Positions 46,701-56,590 of a stretch of 56,590 bases of DNA are shown here, piece by piece (position 1 is the first letter of the stretch; the number at the start of each line of letters is the position of its first letter). The DNA lies in contig NC_068981.1 in assembly GCF_001194135.2 (NCBI RefSeq), positions 27,649,232 through 27,705,821 on the forward strand. Reading direction: 5' to 3'. The DNA comes from Octopus bimaculoides (taxonomy: Eukaryota). The notes under the pieces were generated by a model. It was not told the DNA's origin. It was given only the letters and a program-made list of their open reading frames with translations, and did no database searches. The position numbers and the translations under genes were made by a program.

Positions 46701-47739
46701 TGATTTTGATTTATAACATGTTATGGAAGAAAAGGCAAATTGAAGCGAAATAAGATGGAGAGGGAGAGCAAGACTCCGAGAGCTTAAAAGAAAGAGAGGG
46801 TATGAGGGCAGGAGCCAAACGAGAAAAGAAAGGGAGAGGGTTTTTGCGCGTGTATGCGTTTCACTCGGTCAAGTGTGTATGTATTTGCTGTATGAAAGAG
46901 GATGTAAGTTATTGTTGAAGAAGAATAATACGCGAAAGCTAAAGCAAGTATTGTAAAGAGAGAATAAATAGCTGAAAAAAAAATTTAAATAGACAGAGAG
47001 AGATTGAAGGAATGAGAACTCATGACCTCATGCGCACGACGTTATGTTATCGACGATAACAGCCATATTTTACAAGGCTTCCTCCGTCAAGCGAGAATAT
47101 GGACTTAACCCCTCTTCACACGTCACTGATTTGTTTTCTTATTGTTAGCAGTTTTATTTTTCTGTTTTACAACATTAAAGAGTAGAGAAATACAAGGGGA
47201 ATAACAAAGGAGAATATAACAAAAACAAACATACAGTACAGAGAAAAAATGGTGGGTGAAGAGAAAATTTAAATACAAGCGAAAGACAAATAACGTGAAC
47301 AAAACCCCGAATAAATAAGTTCCAAACAAAATGAATGAACAAATAAATAAATAAATGAAAGCTGGCAATGAGAAAAACCATGGTATATTCAGCAATATTG
47401 CTGAGAGAGAATTATTTGTGATGAGCGTTGCGCTTTCATAAAGTACATCTTACATGTGTAATGTACGTGTATGTAGAGATTACATGTAATATGTAATAGA
47501 AGTTTTGCAACTTACCATATTACATGTTCGAAATCGAGGAGTGCTTTTAATTACCCTCAGTAATAGTTTCTAGAGGAGCTTTCCAGTACTCATTCTCAAG
47601 AAGAACAAGCCGAGGGCAATGCATAAATAGGTTGGATGAAAAAAAACTGCCCCCCGCCTATTTTACAGTAATTTCCAGTGCAAATATTCTGAGATCGAAA
47701 ATGAAGGATGTTTAAACCGCATTAAATTAACTCAACTTA

Positions 47740-49110
47740 ACGCAGACCCCGGCGACTCCAAAGGTTTCTACGAAGACCTCAGAGCTGCGTATGGGGCCTT
47801 CGTATCTGGTCCACTGTGCATACTGAAGGACGCTTTTCACAGATAAGGCCTCCATCATGAACTAGTTGGAGCAATTTCAAACACTCTTGAATGAAAATTC
47901 GGTCCAAGGCTCAACAGTGATTTAGTATCCTTAAGCAACTTTTGAATTCAGAGCTGAACTAATTTCCCTCCTTTACAGAGACAACCGAAATCATAGAAAC
48001 ACTGAGAAGTGGAAAGGTAGCAGGATGGACTGAATCCAGCCCAAGACATAGAAGGTTGGTGGCGCAGCGTTGCACTCCACGTGATATTCGTCTGCAGATG
48101 GAAGAAAGAAAATTTATCACAAAATTTCAGCGATGTTCTCCAGTACCGTACTGATATCATCATTTTTAACCAATGACGCCTGCAGGCTCACACCAAAATA
48201 CTGGAACAACACATGCATGAGCCACTTTTCGTGGACGTTGTTGCCCTTGCTGACGCACAGACAGTCCCGCAACGCATCATCTCTTGCTTTACCGAAGCTA
48301 CTTGGCTCATTGGACTAGAAGTCAGTTTAAAGAACCACTCCTCCTCCACCAACTTGCATCAGAGCAAAAAATACATCACTTCACATCACCATCGGGGAGT
48401 CTGAACTAAAGACACTCAACCAGTTCACTTACGTAGGCTGCATCACCACGTCGGGTACCCAAATCGACAAAGTGGTTGACAAGAAACCAGCCAAGGCAAA
48501 CAGTGCCCTAAGTAAACTGCACGAATGAGCTTGGAACAATAGCTATCTAAAGAGTGATCAGGGTATACAAAGCCATCATTCTGACCACACCTTTATGCAA
48601 CTGACATCGTGGATCATCTATCAGCACTTCCTACGATTCCTTGAACGATTCCATCAGCGCTGCCATCACATCATCCTCAGCATCCACTGGAGTGTCATTA
48701 ACGTCGAGTTCATAGAGTAGGCAATGGTCAACGGCATCGAGGTAATTCTGCTGACGTCAGAGCTACACTGAGCAGGCTCAGGATGGAGGATCGCCATCCT
48801 CCTAAGGTCATGAGGTTTGGCGAAGGTTTCACTAGTCATTGTGATATAGGAGCACTGAAGATGCCTTAAAGAAATATTTCAGCACTTGCTACATGCATTA
48901 GCATCAGTAAAGCCTGAAGTCTAAGTCCTCCGGGAAACGGTCCCCTTCGAAGATACTCGCAAGACCATCGTTACAAACTAAAGACGAAAAAAAAAAAAAA
49001 AAGAGCAAGGTCACATTCTGAGTTTGATGAAGATGAAACAAAAGCCTAACCAGTTTCTGGACTCGAATCGATCGAGTGTTTTCTTTTCCCATCTCTCGCA
49101 ACAACACGAT
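47740..49110 (+). mobile_element. RTE (BovB-like) LINE, 5'-truncated, internally deleted, decayed
   Basis: GDSKGFYEDLRAAYG, LRSGKVAG, RLQAHTKILEQ..EPLFVDV (FADD position), NQFTYVG, AKANSALSKL, LERFHQRC..ILSIHWS. Confidence 0.88.
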
Positions 49111-49404
49111 ATTGTCTAAAAATAGCAAAAACACATCTTGTGTGTGGAACTATAAAACTAAGATCAAGATTTCATATTCTGGCTGTTTCCCATAAATGTT
49201 AGTTTTTCACTGCATTGGGTAATTTACGCCTTTCCGTTTGCTGGCAAAACATGTACTTATGTGTGTGTGAGAGTATTTAACTTTTACAAGGAATATCTGT
49301 GAAATTTTGCTTCTTAACTTTTCAGTAAGTCTTAACTACGAAGTCACGGTTACCCGCAAAAGTTTAATTAAAAAGTAAAAAGTAATTTTTAACCCATGAG
49401 TTTA

Positions 49405-49623
49405 ATAATTGGATACAAATTTTCGCACAGGGACAGCAATTTCTGGGAAGTGGATAAGTCGATTATATCGATCCTAGTGCTCAACCGGTACTTATTTTAT
49501 CAGCTCAGAAAGAATGACAAGAAGAGCTGACCTCGACAGAATTTGAACTCAGATTGTGAAACCGGACGAAATGCCGCTAAGCATCTTGCTCTGGGGTGGG
49601 GCTAACTATTCTGCCAGCTCGCT
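49405..49623 (-). mobile_element. SINE family B
   Basis: Minus strand GCGAGCTGGCAGAATAGTTAGC...GAGTTCAAATTCTGTCGAGGTC...GATAAAATAAGTACCGGTTGAGCAC. Confidence 0.85.
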
Positions 49624-50704
49624 ATCTTGGGTTTTAATATTTAATTGATTTTATGNNNNNNNNNNNNNNNNNNNNNNNNNNNNNNNNNNNNNNNNNNNNN
49701 NNNNNNNNNNNNNNNNNNNNNNNNNNNNNNNNNNNNNNNNNNNNNNNNNNNNNNNNNNNNNNNNNNNNNNNNNNNNNNNNNNNNNNTATATATATATGTA
49801 AGTATGTATGTATGTATACATATACATACATACATACATACACACACATATATACATATTTATATGCATATGCCTATATATATATGTACATACGCACATA
49901 TAAATATATTTATACCTACCTACCTACATGCATACATACATACATACATTCATACATACATACATACTTATATACAAGCACAGATACGCATACATAAATA
50001 TATACGCGTGTGCATGTTTGCTTATGCGCGTTTGTGTCGTTGTGTGCTGTCACAGCAACCCCTGTTCATTTGTGTCTTTCTTTCAGCTAGTTCCCAAGTG
50101 GTTAATGCTTTTGTTTTCTTGTTGATTTACTCATTTTTCTTTTCCTATTTTAGTCTCCTATCGTTTAAAAAAAAGTTCCAATAATCAGCCTTTGTCCACA
50201 CTCATCCATTGCCATTCTACACCCACCCATTCACTTAACTAATGCTGCTGGCAAACCTGCAACCATTTTTGATCTCTTTATGCTCCTCTCAATGACGTTT
50301 CGGATGGCCCTCCCTCTCCCATCAACTCCGCTTCTTTAAGTACAACAATTACAACAACACAAAAGTGCCAACATAAAATAAAAAATGTACCAATAAAAAC
50401 AATTACCAGGACGCCAAAATCCTTATTCTAATGCAATAGTTTTAAAGTTAACTGAAAATGTTGCCCTCAAGCATCGGAGACTCAGTTTCTTAAAGCAGAC
50501 ATTCGCAAAAGCGCCTCCATTGAACACCGAAAGATCGCATTTAAGATTTAATGAATGAAGAATACAACGCCAAAACACAACAGTGCGACTACAAATTTAA
50601 TTTACCTGTAGTGTTCTCCAATCATTTTGACGCATAACTGATCATTTAGGAGAGAACAGGGCGCTAGTTTCAGAAATGTTTCGTTGTTGATATTTTTATT
50701 GTAA

Positions 50705-50896
50705 CCACCGCCAACACAATCCCCACCAACACCAACACCAACACCAACACAATCACAACCATACCACCGCCACCACTACCACCAACACCACCTACAACAA
50801 CAACAACAATATTAACAACATTACGAACATACCACCACCACTATCATGACGACGACAATCACAACGGGGTCGACCTCGACGACAACGATCACCACT

Positions 50897-50928
<32 letters not shown>

Positions 50929-50965
50929 CAAAGACAATAACAGGAATAATAGCCATCATCATCGT
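50705..50965. repeat. Degenerate (CAC)/(CAA) trinucleotide tract
   Basis: Direct reading. Confidence 0.85.
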
Positions 50966-51306
50966 CATTCTATTCGCCGCTGCTCCTTCTGGTGTTGTTT
51001 TTGTTCTCGTTCTTCTAGTCAGCAGCATTTATTTTCTTTTGTACGTTTTCTTTTCCTTGGCACCAGCATAAACATATAAAAATATAGTACAAAATTATGC
51101 ATCAAGCCCACTCACACATACACATTTCTATAGATATAGTACATCTACGCATATCTACACATCATATGCTTATGTGTATGTGTGTGTGCGTGTTTGGGTG
51201 TGAGTGTGTGTATGTGTATACGTATGTATTTATACACAGATATATATGTGCATCTCTCCCTCTCTCACTGTATATATCTATCTATCTCTCTATCTATCTA
51301 TCTGTG

Positions 51307-51352
<46 letters not shown>

Positions 51353-51366
51353 GTGCTATCTATCTA

Positions 51367-51398
<32 letters not shown>

Positions 51399-51399
<1 letters not shown>

Positions 51400-52200
51400 T
51401 CTTTTTTTTACTCTTTTACTCGTTTCAGCCATGCGGTTGTGGTCAGGCTGGCGCACCACCATGGTATTTCTGACTTCCTCAGTCTGGGTGTTTCACATCA
51501 CCACTCCTGTATGTGCCTTTTTCCCAGCTGTTGGTTCATCCAGTATTGTGGAGAGGAGAATGTCTAATTCCTTTTTGAAAACATCTACTTCCACATTATG
51601 CAAATTTCTTACTTTTTGTGGCAGGGCATTGAAAAGCTGTGGGCCTTTGAACCCTAGACTTTTGCAATATCTGGTCCTGAATTTAGACGGAGTGGACGGC
51701 ATTTGTATGACACTCAATGCCAAAGCTAGGTACTAGCCCTTCTAGGGTTTTCCATATGTATATTATTGCGTATCTATCACGCCTTCACTCCAAGGAGTAG
51801 AGCTGTAATTTTCTCAGCCTATCCATATAGCTTATCCACTGCACTGTTTCAATCATCTTAGTGTAGTGGCGTTGAACTGCTTCAAGTTCCGCTGTTAGTT
51901 TGGCAGTATGTGGTGACTAAAACAGGGAACAGTAGTCCAGGCGGCTGAGAACAACGGTTCTCCACAGGGTAAACATAATTTCTTAGTCTCTTGCCTTGAA
52001 GAACCTCAGTATCCATCCTGCCAGTTGTCTGCACTTTGTTGCCATCTTGCTTATGTTCATATGAAATGATGCGTCATTGTACATGTTGATCTCCAAGTCT
52101 TTCATTGCCTGTGACTCTGGGGTTGTAGTGCCTTCGGGTCCTGTAAATGTACATTGTACTCTATTTGTACTGAGTTTATAATGCAAGCGACGAAAATATT
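51399..52200 (-). mobile_element. CR1-clade-like LINE 3' fragment with tail
   Basis: KDLEINM..DASF, AGWILRFFKARD, GPQLFNALP..VRNL, FKKELDILLSTILDEP; tail GGTGGTGCGCCAGCCTGACC...GGCTGAAACGAGTAAAAGAG. Confidence 0.88.
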
Positions 52201-52347
52201 TTGACAAATTAAATTTAAATGTTGAAGTGAATCTAACGGTTTTTGTGTGTTATTTTAACTGGCTTATAGACACCTTCCACGCTGCAATTGTTTTCGTTCC
52301 AGCACACGATCTCAGATCAGGTCACTTGCTATGCAAGTACATCTCCG

Positions 52348-52389
<42 letters not shown>

Positions 52390-52390
<1 letters not shown>

Positions 52391-52870
52391 CTTTACTCTT
52401 TTTACTCTTTTACTTGTTTCAGTCATTTGACTGTGGCCACGCTGGAGCACCGCCTTAGTCGAGCCAGTCGACCCCAGGACTTGTTCTTTGTAAGCCTAGA
52501 ACTTATTCTATCGGTTCTTTTCCCGAAACGCTAGGTTACAGGGACGTAAACACACAAGCATCGGTTGTCAAGCGATGTTGGGAGGACAAACGTAGATACA
52601 TATGCATATATATATATATACAATAGGCTTCTTTCAGTTTCCGTCTGCCAAATCCACTCACAAGGCTTTGGTCGGCCCGTGGCTATAGTAGAAGACACTT
52701 NNNNNNNNNNGCTTCTTTCAGTTTCCGTCTGCCAAATCCACTCACAAGGCTTTGGTCGGCCCGTGGCTATAGTAGAAGACACTTGCCCAAGGTACCATTC
52801 AGTGCGACTGAAACCCAGAACCATGTGGTTGGTAAGCAAGCTACTTACCACACAGCCACTACTACGACTA
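52390..52870 (-). mobile_element. SINE family A, full length (contains a 74-bp assembly duplication)
   Basis: Collinear with 35916-36336; 52627-52700 repeated identically at 52711-52784 across a 10-N gap. Confidence 0.9.
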
Positions 52871-53367
52871 TGTATGTATGTATGTATATTTATAACTTTG
52901 CATGGTGATACATGAAGCAATTCACCTCACAAAATTACATAATTGCATGGTGAGCATCTTTTTATCACACAGACATTCCATATTGCATCAAAGACATGAA
53001 TTAAATGGATTTCTTTTATTGATTCCTCATCGAGTTATCATTCATTTTGTTGTTATATTTTTCTGCAAGAATTTAAACCAACAAAAATTTTCAACCTGCA
53101 GATACGAGAAGAAAAAAAGAACGATTCTTTCCCTCTATACTTGAATTTTTCTGTGTATTTGAAGGTGGAAAACCACGTCACATGAGATATCTGCCACAAA
53201 TAAACTAAAACTAGACACGTAAACACGTGTGCATGTGTGTGTGTATGTGTGTGTTCATGTGTGTGTGTTTGTACACATTTGTTTTTTATAAAGAGGAGAA
53301 AAAGAAATCAATATACATATAAAACAGAGTATAAATAATTTATAATTACCCTTGATTAAAATAGGAT

Positions 53368-53439
53368 TTACTTCGAGATCTAGAATTTCACGCCAGTCTT
53401 GATAATTGCTTTTTCACGAAATTCTAGATCCTTGAGTAA
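53368..53439. repeat. Short inverted repeat (hairpin)
   Basis: Perfect 13-bp arms GATCTAGAATTTC / GAAATTCTAGATC, 28-nt loop, imperfect extension to about 22 bp. Confidence 0.7.
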
Positions 53440-53792
53440 CTTCAATAATCTTCGCTAATATATACGTGTGTGTATATTGTGTGTATATGTGTCTACGTGT
53501 ATATGAATCTAACAAAGAACGCATTAATTCAACTGTTCGACTCATTTATTCATTGAATGTGCTATACCGCTAATTAAAATTTAATTGGTGCTATGCTCTG
53601 TACCTATATATAGAAATGAAAAGACTGAATGAATTGAAACAAAAACAATGATTGTTGAATATACCCATAGAAAAAATATGTCTATACTTATGTTACAAAA
53701 TATATTTCCTGAAGGGTCCTTCATCGCTGTCGATGATGAGCATGTATTCCTTCAATAAATCTATTAATCAATATATCCATATATATGCAGAA

Positions 53793-53844
<52 letters not shown>

Positions 53845-56300
53845 ATATATATATATACACACAAACACATAGATGCCTACATTCATACATGCGCGCGCAC
53901 ACACTAACACACACACATACACACACACAAGCATATATATAGTGTGTATGTGAATGTATGGAGTGAAGGAGTGAGGTAAAGACTGTGCAATTATTATTTC
54001 ATTTCACTGTAATTTTTATGAAATGTTTCTGCATTTTTTTTCTTCAATTTCCATTTCGATAAAAAAAAAAATGTCCTATTGTTCATTAGTTTTTAAAACA
54101 TGGAAATGCTTAGCATTCGAAAGTTTTATATTGTTCCATCTTTTTTTTTTTTTTCTTACACACCCTCCGTCTGTTTCTGTATGCCTCTAAGCTTGTATAT
54201 TATGTATCTCTTGCCCAATGAATTATAAGTACATGCATACGCACAAAATATGATCATATGTACATAAGCATATGCATATGTATGTATACTCATTTATCTA
54301 TTTATATAATACATGCATACATACTTACAAACAAAATCATGCACGTATACATATATACGTGTGTGTGTGATATAGGAGAAGAAGGCGAGATATTCTTATT
54401 TCTTATTTCATTAAAAGTGTTCATAAAAGATAGCTGACATAATCCATATTGCACGTTAATTATGGGCCATCTTTTGTAATATCAAATGTTTTAAATAAAG
54501 ACATGCATAAATACTTACGAATGTTTCTTTAAAATATATTTATACACTTTTTTCACATGATTGCATATAAATCTCGAAACAATGAGAATATCAACGATTT
54601 TATCCGCATTATTTTAATCGAATGAGGAAAACATCTATTTGAGCATATTATTTTTATATTTTGTCAGTATTATAGAAAAACATTTTAAAAAGAAATTTTC
54701 TAATACGTTTTTATTTTAAATCATAAATATCATCAAACTGCCGAAGAATTATTAACAGCTGGTCATTAGCTTAGTTTTCACGGTGCTAAGATAAAACAGG
54801 ATAAATATTCTCCGTTATAATTGATGCAGCTGGTTGTCTTTAAGAGTCTAACATCTACGCCGTGCTTATAGCTACATTGTGGAAAGGAGAATAAAATGTG
54901 ATGGTCAAATAGATTTTAAAATATAAGATTAGAGGCTTAGGAGACGGGACAATGATAGTGTAACCTCATAGCTCATCATCACATTCATTTCACTTCCTTC
55001 TTCTGGCAAGCAGTTGTTATAACTTTACTCGATATATATAGCACAAGCTGGCCTTTGTGTCCTTTGTGTACATTTAATGGAATCCACCATGTTACAAGGA
55101 TTCAGTCTATGTTTCCAGTTTCAAAAATAATTCGGTATCTATATATTCTGCTTCCTACGTCATTAGTGTGTCTATTATGTTTTCTTCTGTTATGGACTCG
55201 CCTATTATAATCATAAAAAGCAGACAAATATTTTGTGAGAACTGCCTTTCCTCTACTGACTGCGCCTACAACGAAAAAAAGTGAGTATTAAATACGAGGA
55301 TAATTTTTAAAGGCGAGACATTTCTGTGTTCGGAGCGAGAGAACTGAAACAAGTATGATTTGTTGATGTATATGTGGTTATAAGCAATGATGAATATAAT
55401 ATCGATTTTACACACTTAGATTTTATTAATTGTAATATTTGAGTAAATCAAGGAAGTTGCGAATAGCAGGATTGGTGAAGAGAAATGGACAAAACTATTC
55501 CAATTGTGTTATGTCTATTTAGATCCTAATTTCAAATTCTAGGTAGGTGGCCCTTCCCTTTCATTTATTCAGTTGTAAGTAATAATCAATTTCTAGGGGG
55601 CGACAATAGCAAATGTTCACCTTCCAGAATGTTATGATTTGTGCCTATGTTAGAAATCAGTAGATTTATTAAAAATTATGAAAATTTTCGTTCTTATCAA
55701 AATATATACGGAGGGTTGTTTTTAAAAATAAATATCTAAATATTTCTCATATAATTCAAACACTTGAATTTAATCGCGCACTAATACATCTAAAAATAAA
55801 ACTTCCCTAGAGTCCTGCTCAGTACGATAATTACTGTTTCTCTCACAGAAATTAGACATTTTCTTTTCCGGATTTACTTTTGTGTATTGCTGCCAAGTGC
55901 TAAAGAGATTCGGGTTCGCAGTTTTAGCTATTTGGCATCAATAGATTAAATACACTGGACATACATAAACATCTAATAATCTTGTGTCGTGTAAATAGTA
56001 ATTGTAAAATATTACTTTTAAAATAAACCAGCCGTCTTCTGAAAATAAGGGATTATCGTAAATTAATTTTCAATTTTGATGAGCAACAAACAGGATACCA
56101 TTTCAGTGTCCAAACCATTTCATTTGACATAAACTGGGAAAGTACTGCAATAAAAGAAATTATACAGTGTAGAAAATTCAGAGGGATAACATTGTGCTAA
56201 GAAAGGATTTGGAAATTGGTTGATAGGGGTGAAGAAAATAGATGAATAGCCTGAATAGAGTTGAAACTAGTCAGCAGCGAGGAACAGAAGCCAGTGTGGC

Positions 56301-56326
56301 ACATAGATACATAGATAGATACATAC

Positions 56327-56357
<31 letters not shown>

Positions 56358-56358
56358 T

Positions 56359-56389
<31 letters not shown>

Positions 56390-56390
56390 T

Positions 56391-56421
<31 letters not shown>

Positions 56422-56442
56422 CACACATACATACATACATAA

Positions 56443-56497
<55 letters not shown>

Positions 56498-56533
56498 CAC
56501 ACATACATACATACATAAATAGATAGATAGATA
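56301..56533. repeat. (TAGA)n/(TACA)n tetranucleotide microsatellite
   Basis: Direct reading; a similar (TCTA)n tract lies at about 51270-51370. Confidence 0.95.
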
Positions 56534-56590
56534 CATTTCTTTTATTAGCCACACAGGGCTCAACGAAGATGGGACAAATACAATGTAGAG

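Noticed and set aside
45356-46753. Poly-His, Asp, Ser, Thr and Val ORFs resembling low-complexity proteins (also 16472-16752, 26343-26640, 50792-51079)
   Set aside because: Stop-free trinucleotide microsatellites open in several frames; no domain or splice support
50290-50330. Minus-strand CGAAACGTC with a GATGG/CCATC stem (similar weak case at 41118-41153)
   Set aside because: No CUGANGA-like core at the required position
55293-55730. Two mariner-like TIR starts (TACGAGG..., TACGGAGGGTTG...)
   Set aside because: Same orientation, no matching opposite ends, no transposase remnant

Overview
Eukaryotic, AT-rich, repeat-saturated DNA from a draft assembly, with about 5 kb of N in 16 gaps, nearly all flanked by microsatellites. 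The SINE families and repeat composition look like an Octopus (coleoid cephalopod) genome; this is an inference. I see no intact protein-coding gene: the long ORFs in the track are microsatellite or N-run artefacts, or transposon remnants. Recognisable content includes two CR1-like LINE copies, one RTE/BovB-like LINE, several R4/Dong-like and other RLE retroelement remnants, a Helitron Rep fragment, a mariner with TIRs, a decayed maT/DD37D transposon, hAT, Tigger and foldback MITEs, and at least four tRNA-derived SINE families. The most interesting signals are: (i) minimal type I hammerhead ribozyme motifs with palindromic stem III, two near-canonical (23263-23318 minus, 41719-41768 plus) plus a dispersed family of about 200 bp carrying variant cores; (ii) a 3' tail shared by the dominant SINE and the CR1-like LINE, suggesting a SINE-LINE partnership; (iii) several long fold-back palindromes; (iv) a compact CRE/CRE/YY1/MEF2-TATA cluster and a few weak candidate exons. 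All assignments are by eye; no searches were run.
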